Below, one piece after another: positions 27,971 to 37,319 of a stretch of DNA of 64,000 bases. The DNA is from Bacteroidia bacterium (lineage in GTDB: Bacteria > Bacteroidota > Bacteroidia > NS11-12g > UBA955): positions 20,022-84,021 of the forward strand of contig JBBQBB010000005.1 of assembly GCA_038317095.1 (NCBI GenBank). Reading direction: 5' to 3'. The notes under the pieces were generated by a model. That model worked only from the letters and a program-made list of their open reading frames with translations. It made no database searches and was not told the origin of the DNA. Every line of letters begins with the position of its first letter. Position 1 is the first letter of the stretch. Position numbers and translations under genes: made by a program.

Positions 27971-28035
27971 GCCACAAAGGCACGAAGCCACGAATGTTTT
28001 AATGTTATTTTTGGGTTCTTTGCGCCTTTGCCTGA
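27971..28035. repeat. relic word repeat gccacaaaggcacgaagccacgaatgtttt ... ttctttgcgcctttgcctg
   Basis: Shares CCACGAAT/GTTTT words with the 2895-3216 units. The second half is roughly the inverted complement (caaaggcg/caaaggca). Confidence 0.55.
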
Positions 28036-28113
28036 AAAGTTTTGGTCACAAACGAAACAAAGCCTAAACGCCGAATTTCCGGATTTTAACTGTCAAACGC
28101 CACTCTAAAGGAA

Positions 28114-29355
28114 TCAATCTTCATCAACAACTTCTGCCACCACAAACGTGCTGCCACCCACAAACACAATGTCTTCCGCATCTGCCGCTGAAATGGCTGC
28201 CTGCAGTGCTTCTTTTACACTAGACCAGGCTTGTCCTAACAATCCATATACAGTTGCCCTTTCTTGCAACACTCCGCTATCCAAACCCCGCATGATGTTG
28301 GGTTTGCAGAAGTAATACTTGGCTTCTTTTGGAAACAAAGGCAGTATTTTGCTTAAATCTTTGTCATTCACCACCCCCAAAACAAAATGCATTTGATGGT
28401 GCGGCAAAGCCATAAATTGTTTAAGTACTGGAATTAAACCATGGTCGTTGTGCGCCACATCTGCAATTACCAAAGGCTGGGTTCGCAAAATATCCCATCG
28501 CCCTTTGATTCCGCTGAGTAATTTTACATTTTCCAAGGCATTTATAATTTTATCGTCTGCCAATGCCCAACCCAAATCCCGCATGGCTTGCACTGAAGCA
28601 TAAACGGTGGCCAAATTTTTTCTTTGATAATCTCCTTTTAATGCAAAACTATTTATCCAGGCTGCTGGAGCTTCAATGGCTTTAATCAGTTTGCTGTTTT
28701 CAACCCCAGCTTTGATTTCAAATACAGGTTTCGTTTCATCGTCCCACTCGCCTATAACAACTGGAACTCCCAGTTTTATTATACCCGCTTTTTCTGCGGC
28801 AATTTTGGTTTTTGTATCACCCAAAAAATCCATGTGGTCGAAACCAATATTGGTAATTACCGATAATTCGGGAGTAATAACATTGGTGCTATCCAGCCTG
28901 CCACCCATGCCCACTTCTACAATGGCGATATCCACTTTTTGTTCTGTAAACCATTGGAAAGCCATGGCCACTGTCAATTCGAAAAAGGATGGATTTAATT
29001 CTGCAATCAGGGGTTTCATTTTTTCAGTAAAATCCACCACATATTGTTCTGCAATCATGACTCCATCTATGCGAATGCGTTCCCTAAAATCAAATAGGTG
29101 AGGAGAGGTATACAGTCCGGTTTTGTAGCCGTTAGCAGTAAAAATAGCCGCCAATGCGCTGCTGGTGCTGCCTTTGCCGTTGGTTCCAGCCACATGGATA
29201 CTTTTAAAACCATTTTCTGGGTTGCCCAATGCTGCGCAAAGGGCAACAGTATTATTCAAATCTGCTTTGTACGCAGCTTTGCCAATGTGCTGGTAAACCG
29301 GCAGACGGGAAAATAAATAATCTAAGGTTTCTGAATAGGTTTTTGAAGAACTCAA
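28114..29355 (-). CDS. folC: bifunctional folylpolyglutamate synthase / dihydrofolate synthase
   Basis: 413 aa with Mur-ligase P-loop HVAGTNGKGST. Confidence 0.92.
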   Translation of the reverse strand: MSSSKTYSETLDYLFSRLPVYQHIGKAAYKADLNNTVALCAALGNPENGFKSIHVAGTNGKGSTSSALAAIFTANGYKTGLYTSPHLFDFRERIRIDGVMIAEQYVVDFTEKMKPLIAELNPSFFELTVAMAFQWFTEQKVDIAIVEVGMGGRLDSTNVITPELSVITNIGFDHMDFLGDTKTKIAAEKAGIIKLGVPVVIGEWDDETKPVFEIKAGVENSKLIKAIEAPAAWINSFALKGDYQRKNLATVYASVQAMRDLGWALADDKIINALENVKLLSGIKGRWDILRTQPLVIADVAHNDHGLIPVLKQFMALPHHQMHFVLGVVNDKDLSKILPLFPKEAKYYFCKPNIMRGLDSGVLQERATVYGLLGQAWSSVKEALQAAISAADAEDIVFVGGSTFVVAEVVDED

Positions 29356-30161
29356 ATCTTCGACTTCACTTCAATGTAAATCAATCCACTTTCTGGGCAC
29401 TTTTCGCCCACTTTTTCAAAGTGCGAACTTCTTAAAAAGGTGGTTACCACGCTTTGCAAGCCGCCAACGCTGCCGTTGTAGGTTGTGCCTCTAGACCCAT
29501 ATTCGGTAACACTCCAGTTACCACCACAATCTACTTGCACTCTACAAACAATTGTACCTTGTCCATCTGCATTGACTCTGCGCAAATCGCTGGTTAGTTT
29601 GTAGTTTGTAAAATCGTAACCATACAACCCATTTCCACCTACACGTTTGCCATGGTTGCCTGTAATTCCAGTATTTCCTGGTCCGGGGCCCCAGCCTTTG
29701 TTTCCAGTTCCGCCATTTATCCCATTGGGGTCGCCGGCGTTTTTGCCTTTGCGGTTGCCTATTTTTCCCAATTTACCCTTTAATGCTGGGTCTTCGCTGG
29801 CGGATGTGCTAGATGGTGGGTCAATGGGAGGGAGGTTAACTGTTTTTTCCCCTTCGCTGGTAATGATTTTGCCTTCACCACCAGATGGTGTAGATGACCC
29901 ACCATCGCTGGTAGCGCCTCCCAATGCCGGTGGAGTAGGTGATGGACCGCCTTGCTCGGGGGACCCGTAACCAGCATCAACCAATCCCAAATCTACCTCA
30001 ACCACACCTTGTTTGGTTTCGAACGGGGGATTGGGTATTACTATTTTCACAAACCAAAGTAAAAAAATTAAAGCGGCAGCAATGGCAATGGCCAATGCAC
30101 CTGAAGTGAGTTTTTGCTCAGTAGTGGATGATAGCTTTTTGTCAATTATATAAACTGTCAT
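29352..30161 (-). CDS. membrane-anchored Pro/Gly-rich protein, TonB-like (tentative)
   Basis: N-terminal TM (ALAIAIAAALIFLLWFV), Pro/Gly-rich linker and a C-terminal beta-rich ~80 aa (GQGTIVCRVQVDCGGNWSV) reminiscent of TonB_C. 4-nt overlap with folC. Confidence 0.45.
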   Translation of the reverse strand: MTVYIIDKKLSSTTEQKLTSGALAIAIAAALIFLLWFVKIVIPNPPFETKQGVVEVDLGLVDAGYGSPEQGGPSPTPPALGGATSDGGSSTPSGGEGKIITSEGEKTVNLPPIDPPSSTSASEDPALKGKLGKIGNRKGKNAGDPNGINGGTGNKGWGPGPGNTGITGNHGKRVGGNGLYGYDFTNYKLTSDLRRVNADGQGTIVCRVQVDCGGNWSVTEYGSRGTTYNGSVGGLQSVVTTFLRSSHFEKVGEKCPESGLIYIEVKSKI

Positions 30162-30173
30162 GTAATTAGGAAA

Positions 30174-31316
30174 TTAATTAGATAAGGTTAATTCTCTCAT
30201 AGCCACGCTAGATCCATGAAAACCAGGCATGGTTTGCATAAAATCTGAAGCTGCTTTTTCCGATTGAAATCTGCCAAGTATTACGCGGTAAAGTGAACTT
30301 TTTTCTGGTTTGAAAACGGTTGCATTTACCCCTACTTTGTTCCATTTGGCACATTCTTTTTTTGCCATATCTTCGCCAATGTAGGTGCTGCCAATCAAGT
30401 AGAATTTACCAGATTTCTGTTCCATAGCGCTGCGATAATCTGTGGCACTCACAATTAAAGATTTTACTTCTGAAGGTCGAACCATTGCCACATCGCTTTT
30501 GTTTGCGGGTTCTGTATTTTTCTTCAACCTCTCCTCTTTTTTAGGAGCTTCTGTTTTTTTAGTAATTTTAGTCTCAGTATTTGTTGAAGCAACCTCTGCG
30601 CTTAGAATAGGTTGTGATGTATCCGTTGCAGGTGCATCTGTTGAAGCCGCTTCTATTTGTGGAGTGGATTTGGTTCCAAAAAACTGACGACCAAAATACC
30701 AACCCGATCCTGCCAAAGTAAGTATTGCAAAACCAGCGGCTACTTTCCAAATCCAACCGCGATTTGGCTGCGTTTCAGCCAATTCTAGTACTTGCGCATC
30801 TTCAAATTCATCGGTTTGCGTTATTGCTGGCGCAGCCTGATGAACAACTTCTACCTTTTGCTCTGCAACTTGCGTTTCTTTGGATTTTGTCAATTCGTCT
30901 AAGCGAATTATGGGTAAACCAAAAGATGCCAAATCTAAATTTAATGCTCCTGAAGGGATGAAGAATACTTGTTTTTCGGCATTTACAAAAAAATTACCTA
31001 ATTTGCCTAAGGCCAAATTGCGGTTTAAAGCAAGGTGATTTTCGATGGTCAATACAGCCCTTTTTATAAAGGCAGTGGCACCGGCATAATCAAGTCCTTC
31101 TTTTTCTCTTAAATAATTGGCCAAAATGCCGTCATCAGATTGGATAGCATTGTTAAAAAATACAGAATATCCAGCGGGTTTTAGCTCAAATGTAAAATGG
31201 TTTGAAGAAGCTTGGAACTCTCTATATATAAAAGAACCCAAGCCAGGTATTGTTACACACTGATGACCGCCGAGAAGTTCAAGTATAGAGGATTCTAGTT
31301 TTTCTAAATTTTCCAT
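30174..31316 (-). CDS. HU-like (HU-CCDC81 type) and SPOR domain-containing protein
   Basis: N-terminal VTIPGLGSFIYREF...KPAGYSVFFN, a central TM, and a C-terminal SPOR-like segment YLIGSTYIGEDMAKKECAKWNKVGVNATVF...YRVILGRFQSEKAASDF. Confidence 0.75.
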   Translation of the reverse strand: MENLEKLESSILELLGGHQCVTIPGLGSFIYREFQASSNHFTFELKPAGYSVFFNNAIQSDDGILANYLREKEGLDYAGATAFIKRAVLTIENHLALNRNLALGKLGNFFVNAEKQVFFIPSGALNLDLASFGLPIIRLDELTKSKETQVAEQKVEVVHQAAPAITQTDEFEDAQVLELAETQPNRGWIWKVAAGFAILTLAGSGWYFGRQFFGTKSTPQIEAASTDAPATDTSQPILSAEVASTNTETKITKKTEAPKKEERLKKNTEPANKSDVAMVRPSEVKSLIVSATDYRSAMEQKSGKFYLIGSTYIGEDMAKKECAKWNKVGVNATVFKPEKSSLYRVILGRFQSEKAASDFMQTMPGFHGSSVAMRELTLSN

Positions 31317-31349
31317 GAATATTCAAAGTTAGTTATAAATGTTTATTTA

Positions 31350-32990
31350 TCAAAATGATGCGGATATTCCACCCAGTACACAAAGTCTATAACTGGTGTA
31401 TCCATACCAAACTTGGTACTTTTGGTTGATTAAATTAGAGCCTTGAACCCAAATGCGAATGATGTTTTTAATTTTAAAATCAATCCGTGCATTCAAATCT
31501 GCGAATCCTTTCATTTCCAAGACTGCGCTGCTATTTTCTATTTTGCTATATCTTTTACCCATGCCGTCTACACCTACTTGAAAAATCCATTGGTTGTTTA
31601 ACAAATATTGCAAGTTCACCGCATAATTGGCTGCAGGCAAATGCCATGCTTTTGACTCAGTTGCTGGGGTATATTGGTTTACTTTTCCAAAAGCACCCAC
31701 CCTTAATTTTTCACCGATGCTAAAGCGTACATCCCCCGAAAAATAAAGAATATTCACGTCATCGTAAGTTACACGAAGTGCGCCGATAGAATCTGAGGCG
31801 CCAATGATCAATGGCATATTGGCCACCGAGCTACCTCCAAATTCAACACCGAATTGTGAATTTTCTGTGATTCTACCTTTCAAACCTGCATATCCTTTCA
31901 ATTGGGTATATGTATTTAATACGCGAATGGTATCTAAGGTAAATGGCACTTGCTCACTAAATCTACGCAGTGAATTCCGATTCAGTCCGCCATCAAGCCC
32001 GCCGTATACCTTCATTTTCAAACCTTCTAGCTTTTTCTCACCGTATAAATAGGGATTGAAATAGAAAACAGGTTTTAAAGTATCTTTAAACGCCCAAGTA
32101 AGGTTCAATCCTGCATTGCCTTCCACACCATTTTCTTTGTTTACATATTTAACCCGAGGATTAAGATCTATAAACCATTGTTTGGTGGGGGTAAAGTTTT
32201 GGCGGTACTGCATATTGGAAACAGAAAAGGTTCCACTGGTGCTCAGTTTTTGGAAAACAAAATCCCACCCGCCTTGCAATCCAAATTCAGTTTCACTTTG
32301 GTTTAAGTTGTTGTAAAAATTATTGAACATAAAGCCCACTTTAAATCCTGGTTTACGTGCCAATGCTTTTAAATCGTATAACAAATTGAAACCCATATTT
32401 TGCCCAACTTTCTTCAAATTTTTAATGGCAGGTTTTTCATAGTTGCTGTCGATGGCGAAAAACTTATTCATGTCGCGCAAGTAATTGAACCGCATTTCTA
32501 AGCTACTGCGTTTGTAAAACCTAGCACCTGCCAAGAAAGCTTTGGTGGTAGAAAAATCGCGCAAAGAATTATCTTGGTCGGCACTTAGATGCTGCACAGC
32601 CAAATTGTAGGCCCACTGCTTGTTGGCGCGGTTTGCTAGGTATCCTTCCAACAATTTGTGGGCGTACATTCCTCCGCCAATTCGCACATAATTGGGATTG
32701 TATGAAGTGTCCAAACCTGGTTCGAAATGACCCACAGGAGGTAAAATACGCGTAATTTTGCGGGTATTCCACTGAAAATTAAAAGGATTGTAGGTTGTGC
32801 CAATGGCTTGGTTTGAATTTTGCGGGATAATTGGATCCAAAAGCAGTTTAGATGCAGGGATCAATTTGGGTTTAAAGGGATTTTCCAAGGGATTGGAATT
32901 GCCATTAAAGCCACCAGTTTTAGGCTGTGCCAAAGCAGAAATTGTGCATGCAATGCTAAATATTGAGAGTATGGCGGTTTGAAATCGCAT
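31350..32990 (-). CDS. outer-membrane beta-barrel protein (porin-like)
   Basis: Signal peptide MRFQTAILSIFSIACTISALAQ from ATG 32990, an alternating beta pattern and a terminal Phe (GGISASF). Confidence 0.75.
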   Translation of the reverse strand: MRFQTAILSIFSIACTISALAQPKTGGFNGNSNPLENPFKPKLIPASKLLLDPIIPQNSNQAIGTTYNPFNFQWNTRKITRILPPVGHFEPGLDTSYNPNYVRIGGGMYAHKLLEGYLANRANKQWAYNLAVQHLSADQDNSLRDFSTTKAFLAGARFYKRSSLEMRFNYLRDMNKFFAIDSNYEKPAIKNLKKVGQNMGFNLLYDLKALARKPGFKVGFMFNNFYNNLNQSETEFGLQGGWDFVFQKLSTSGTFSVSNMQYRQNFTPTKQWFIDLNPRVKYVNKENGVEGNAGLNLTWAFKDTLKPVFYFNPYLYGEKKLEGLKMKVYGGLDGGLNRNSLRRFSEQVPFTLDTIRVLNTYTQLKGYAGLKGRITENSQFGVEFGGSSVANMPLIIGASDSIGALRVTYDDVNILYFSGDVRFSIGEKLRVGAFGKVNQYTPATESKAWHLPAANYAVNLQYLLNNQWIFQVGVDGMGKRYSKIENSSAVLEMKGFADLNARIDFKIKNIIRIWVQGSNLINQKYQVWYGYTSYRLCVLGGISASF

Positions 32991-33251
32991 TTTGTTGCAA
33001 ATATACGAGAGACTGCTATTCAATGGTCGTTAAACCGACTCAAATAGAATAAGAGTTATCCCTTAGTTTTTAACGCTTGCGGGTCAAGAAATATTCTGTT
33101 TTTAGCGTGACTGTAGATAATTTCAAAGAATAATGGGTTTATTTTAAATCTAGGCGATTGTATAAGTGTAATAAATACAGCATGTTGCGTTGGTTATTGA
33201 CTTGTAAATAGGACACAAAGTAATTCAACATTTTTTTTTGCTTTGAGTATA

Positions 33252-33280
33252 GTTGAATCCGAAATATTTTGTTATCTTTG
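33252..33280 (+). promoter_or_regulatory. candidate promoter of rplU-rpmA (TTG ... TATCTTTG)
   Basis: TATCTTTG at 33273-33280 fits TAnnTTTG and lies 18 nt before ATG 33299. A TTG is 17 nt upstream of the box. Confidence 0.35.
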
Positions 33281-33298
33281 CAGCCCAATTTTAAAGAG

Positions 33299-33610
33299 AT
33301 GTACGCCATTGTAGAAATAGCCGGAAGACAATATAGAGTGGAGGAAAACCAACCGCTAATCGTGAATAGGCTTCAGGCAACCGAAGGTGAGAAGGTAGAA
33401 TTCAATTCTGTTTTGCTTATCAGCGATAAAGGAAATACCACTGTTGGAGCTCCGACAGTAAAAGGTGCAACTGTAACCGCGACGGTTGAAGAACACGGAA
33501 AAGGTAAAAAAGTAATCGTTTTCAAAAAGAAACGCCGCAAGGGTTATCAAAAACAAAACGGTCACCGTGATTATTTAACCCGTTTAAAAATCGAAAGTAT
33601 TAAAGCATAA
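33299..33610 (+). CDS. rplU: 50S ribosomal protein L21
   Basis: MYAIVEIAGRQYRVEENQ... is a canonical L21 N-terminus. The track start 33269 is upstream of the true ATG. Confidence 0.95.
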   Translation: MYAIVEIAGRQYRVEENQPLIVNRLQATEGEKVEFNSVLLISDKGNTTVGAPTVKGATVTATVEEHGKGKKVIVFKKKRRKGYQKQNGHRDYLTRLKIESIKA

Positions 33611-33627
33611 TTCAGTAAGATAAAACT

Positions 33628-33888
33628 ATGGCACATAAAAAAGGAGCAGGTAGTTCCAAAAACGGACGGGAGTCGCATAGCAAACGCCTAGGCGTTAAGG
33701 TTTTCGGTGGTCAAGTTGTTAGAGCTGGTGGCATTATTGTTCGCCAACGCGGCACAGTTCACCATCCAGATATCAATGTAGGTTGCGGTAAAGATCATAC
33801 CCTATTTGCCTTGGCTGATGGAGTCGTTAAATTTCGCAAAGCACGCAGCGGTCGCAGTTTCGTTTCAGTTGTTCAGGCTGAGGCTTAA
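33628..33888 (+). CDS. rpmA: 50S ribosomal protein L27
   Basis: [24 protein letters not shown] is a canonical L27 N-terminus. Confidence 0.97.
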   Translation: MAHKKGAGSSKNGRESHSKRLGVKVFGGQVVRAGGIIVRQRGTVHHPDINVGCGKDHTLFALADGVVKFRKARSGRSFVSVVQAEA

Positions 33889-33915
33889 TTACAAGCGTTC
33901 ATAAAAATATTTGAT

Positions 33916-33940
33916 AAGGGGCGTTTGCCCCTTTTTTTTT
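33916..33940 (+). terminator. rho-independent terminator after rpmA
   Basis: Stem aaggggc/gcccctt with loop gttt, followed by T9. Confidence 0.9.
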
Positions 33941-33949
33941 AAACCAACA

Positions 33950-34474
33950 ATGAGCCAAAACATGAAAGTAACTAAAACTCCCAAAGAAAGTTTGGTGGTG
34001 ATGAATGAGATTGTATTGCCAAATGATACCAATACGCTTAACAACCTTATGGGAGGTCGTTTGTTGCATTGGATGGATATTTGCGCCGCTATTGCTGGCC
34101 AGCGCCATAGCAATCAAATTGTAGTGACTGCAAGCGTAGATAGTGTTTCATTTAAAGAGCCCATTCGATTGGGCGATGTGGTAACATTGAATGCTTGGGT
34201 AACCCGTGCTTTCAATTCTTCCATGGAAATATTTATTGAAGTATATTGTGAAAATATCCCCAGGGGCGAAAAATACAAGTGCAATGAAGCGTTTTATACA
34301 TTTGTGGCATTAGATAGCAGACAAAAACCAGTGGAGATTCCAGAAATTTCGCCAGAAACGGAGGACGAGAAAGCAAAATACGATGGAGCCTTACGCCGCC
34401 GTCAAATACGGTTAATTTTGGCTGGTAAAATGAAACCTGAAGATGCCAAAGAGTTGAAGGATTTGTTTGTTTAA
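33950..34474 (+). CDS. acyl-CoA thioesterase (hotdog fold)
   Basis: VMNEIVLPNDTNTLNNLMGGRLLHWMD motif. ATG 33950 (MSQNMKV) preferred, because the track start lies in the terminator. Confidence 0.88.
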   Translation: MSQNMKVTKTPKESLVVMNEIVLPNDTNTLNNLMGGRLLHWMDICAAIAGQRHSNQIVVTASVDSVSFKEPIRLGDVVTLNAWVTRAFNSSMEIFIEVYCENIPRGEKYKCNEAFYTFVALDSRQKPVEIPEISPETEDEKAKYDGALRRRQIRLILAGKMKPEDAKELKDLFV

Positions 34475-34490
34475 ATAAATTGTATACCAT

Positions 34491-34519
34491 AAAAAAGGCG
34501 ACCCATGGGCCGCCTTTTT
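34491..34519. terminator. bidirectional terminator between convergent genes
   Basis: An A-run, then ggcgacc-catg-ggccgcc (7-bp stem with one mismatch), then a T-run. Confidence 0.65.
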
Positions 34520-34537
34520 GTTAAAAGGAATTCTGTA

Positions 34538-35071
34538 TTAAATGTTGCCCATAATTACCAAAATGGCATAAATAAAGCCAGGCAACCAAAACAACAATGT
34601 CAACAATAGGGCAATCCAAAAATGGGAAGTAATACCTCCTTCAAAAAGCGCTACACCTAAAAATGGGATAAAGAAAGCAATGACTATGTAAAGCAATGTA
34701 TTGCCATCTTTCGATTTTTGCGCAGCTTTTATCAATTTCTTTTGTAAAAAATGCTTACCGGCTTTTTTAACCATGCCCGTAGCGGTCGCATTTTTTTGTG
34801 CCATTGGAGCAGCAACCGCGGTTGCAGCGGCATTTTGGTTGGGTGTTGAAGGAGCAGCAACAGTTTCCGTTGGAATTGTTGGCGCATTTGTTTCAGCTAG
34901 AGTAGTTTCTGTAGCAGGAATTGCTTCTGTTTTTGGGGTAACAACCGCAACTTTAGGTTCTGACCAACCTCCGCCGAAACTGCGCGTACTGTATTTTTTA
35001 TTCGTGGAACACGCAAAAAATGCAGTTGAAACCATTGCCAAGGCAATGAAGTGTAAGATACTTTTTTTCAT
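34538..35071 (-). CDS. lipoprotein-like protein with C-terminal Pmp3/YqaE (UPF0057) membrane domain
   Basis: MKKSILHFIALAMVSTAFFAC lipobox, an Ala/Thr/Pro-rich linker and a C-terminal IVIAFFIPFLGVALFEGG...LLFWLPGFIYAILVI typical of Pmp3/YqaE. Confidence 0.75.
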   Translation of the reverse strand: MKKSILHFIALAMVSTAFFACSTNKKYSTRSFGGGWSEPKVAVVTPKTEAIPATETTLAETNAPTIPTETVAAPSTPNQNAAATAVAAPMAQKNATATGMVKKAGKHFLQKKLIKAAQKSKDGNTLLYIVIAFFIPFLGVALFEGGITSHFWIALLLTLLFWLPGFIYAILVIMGNI

Positions 35072-35158
35072 AAATTTTATAGTTTTTAGACAGGTGCAAG
35101 ATATATAAAAAAACAACCCCTGCAATAGCAAGGGTTATAAAAGTTTTTCCCGTTTGGT

Positions 35159-35392
35159 TTAAACAGCTTCTGTATGGCTATCATGCGAATATTCGCTGAT
35201 GATGGCTACACTTGTGGGGTTGGGTTCTTCTGCGAAATTACCGAGCATTCGCTTTACCTCCATTGTTTGATTGTAATAATGCAACAAGTCGGGGTTTCTT
35301 ACCAAAGCCTCTTTTACAAGGATTTCTCTGGCAGCGTCTGTTTCACCGTAAACGTACTGAAGAATAGTGTTGTGAGTAACAATTTCGTTCAT
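35159..35392 (-). CDS. small hypothetical protein downstream of the sigma factor
   Basis: 77 aa on the same strand, 44 nt after the sigma gene. No zinc-anti-sigma motif and no TM. Confidence 0.6.
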   Translation of the reverse strand: MNEIVTHNTILQYVYGETDAAREILVKEALVRNPDLLHYYNQTMEVKRMLGNFAEEPNPTSVAIISEYSHDSHTEAV

Positions 35393-35436
35393 AGGCTGAA
35401 TTTATTTTCAATCTATATAACGTAGATATTGTTACT

Positions 35437-36018
35437 TTATTTTACTTGTACAAGATTTTTTTTGATCATACGCCTCAAATTAAGCAAGGCATAATGCATG
35501 CGCCCAATGCAGGTGTTGATGTTCGAGTCTGTCATTTCTGCTATTTCTTTGAAACTTAAATCTGCATAATGACGCAAAACCAACACTTCTTTTTGTTCAT
35601 CTGGCAACTGATTGATAAGGTTGCGCAAACTTTGGTTCTGTTCTTTTAGAACCATACTTTTTTCGCAACTGTCTTCTACCACTTGAATATAATCAAAAAT
35701 GTTGTTTCCTTCAGTGTCGGATATCATAGGAATTCTGCTTTTTTGGCGAATGCAATCAATAGACAAATTCCTAGCGATACGCAAAGCCCAAGGTAGAAAC
35801 TTATCTTGATCCCGGTATTTTCCGCCGCGCAAGCAGTGAATGATTTTAATAAATGTCTCTTGAAAAATATCTTCCGCTAAATAACGGTCATTCACAAGTA
35901 AATAAATACTAGAGAAAATGCGACTTTTATGACGCTTAATCAATGTTTCTAGGGCACTTTCATTGCCCTCCATGTAAACTTTCAGCAATACGCCGTCTGC
36001 GATGATTTCTTTTTGCAT
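35437..36018 (-). CDS. RNA polymerase sigma-70 family factor (ECF-like)
   Basis: 193 aa with region 2 (AEDIFQETFIKI) and a region 4 HTH (LSFKEIAEMTDSNINTCIGRMHYALLNLR). Confidence 0.88.
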   Translation of the reverse strand: MQKEIIADGVLLKVYMEGNESALETLIKRHKSRIFSSIYLLVNDRYLAEDIFQETFIKIIHCLRGGKYRDQDKFLPWALRIARNLSIDCIRQKSRIPMISDTEGNNIFDYIQVVEDSCEKSMVLKEQNQSLRNLINQLPDEQKEVLVLRHYADLSFKEIAEMTDSNINTCIGRMHYALLNLRRMIKKNLVQVK

Positions 36019-36213
36019 AAATTACCCCCTTGTTTTTTTAGGTTAGTAGGAAAACCAGGTGTTTTCTTTGGTAAAGTTTATGCTATAGGCGTAGTTTTTG
36101 TTGGATTGTGAAATCGCAAGTAAGGGTTTTAAACTATAGAATGCAAATATTTGTCGAAAAAAAAGTGAATTATTTTTTAAAAAAGGATATAACTTATTGA
36201 TATACAATGAAAA

Positions 36214-37143
36214 TTATTTTTTCCGATTTGCCTCGCCATTCAAATATTCTTTGGCAGTCATTCGTTTTTTCCCTTTGGGTTGCACTTCAACCAGTTCTAA
36301 AGCGCCATGTGCAAATCCCCAAAATACCTTTTTTTGGGTGAAATCTAAGGAAATCATTCCTGGTTTTGAATTTTGATTGTCTAATTCTGCAATGTTGGCT
36401 GCATACACTTTCATACTTTCATCGGGCAGCCAAGCCCCCGGGAAAGGAGATAAGCCTCTGATTTTATTGAATGCCTCTTCACAACTTAATAGATTGTCTA
36501 GCCTACAAAACTCAGGGTGGATTTTGGGTGCACTTTTTAAATTGGATTGCATGCTTTGGGGCTTTTCTGGCCAATTCCCTTTTTCTACCAATTCTAAAGT
36601 GCTTAAAACCAAATTTGCACCGGTGGTCATTAGTTTGTCGTGCAGCGTGCCCGCATTGTCAGTGGGTAAAATGGCCACCTTTTGTTGGAGCACTATGTCA
36701 CCCGTATCTATTTCATGCTTTAGAAAAAAGGTAGTTACGCCCGTTTCAGTTTCTCCATTGATGATGGCATGGTTTATGGGTGCTGCACCTCTATATTGGG
36801 GAAGGAGAGAAGCGTGCAAATTAAAAGTACCCAGCGCAGGCAAGCTCCAAATGGTTTGCGGCAACATTCTAAAGGCAATCACTATGCCCAAATCGGGTTT
36901 CAATAGTTGCAATGCTTCTAAAAAATGCGGGTCTTTTAGATTGGTGGGTTGTAAAATGGGCAATTCAAGCCTTAGTGCCGATTCTTTAACATCGCTTTGG
37001 TGCAATTGCATGCCTCGCCCAGCAGGCTTATCGGGTGCAGTTACTACAGCCACCACATTGTAGCCTGCACCAACAATTTTTTGTAAACTATGTGCTGCAA
37101 AACCGGGTGTTCCGAAAAATACGATCCGTAAATTTTTATGCAT
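36214..37143 (-). CDS. fmt: methionyl-tRNA formyltransferase
   Basis: LRIVFFGTPGFA N-terminus and HASLLPQYRGAAPI motif. Confidence 0.94.
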   Translation of the reverse strand: MHKNLRIVFFGTPGFAAHSLQKIVGAGYNVVAVVTAPDKPAGRGMQLHQSDVKESALRLELPILQPTNLKDPHFLEALQLLKPDLGIVIAFRMLPQTIWSLPALGTFNLHASLLPQYRGAAPINHAIINGETETGVTTFFLKHEIDTGDIVLQQKVAILPTDNAGTLHDKLMTTGANLVLSTLELVEKGNWPEKPQSMQSNLKSAPKIHPEFCRLDNLLSCEEAFNKIRGLSPFPGAWLPDESMKVYAANIAELDNQNSKPGMISLDFTQKKVFWGFAHGALELVEVQPKGKKRMTAKEYLNGEANRKK

Positions 37144-37319
37144 TTGGAAAAGTGCAAATTTGATGCATTCTGCCTTATTTTAGTCATATTGCACACAATA
37201 TTGCAAAAAAAATTACCTTCATAGCAACATTTGGCCCTAAATTGCGTCTATATAACAAGGAATTGAACTTGCTTATTTACTGCAAATTGAAAGATTGGAA
37301 ACAATTTTACCTTAAAAGC

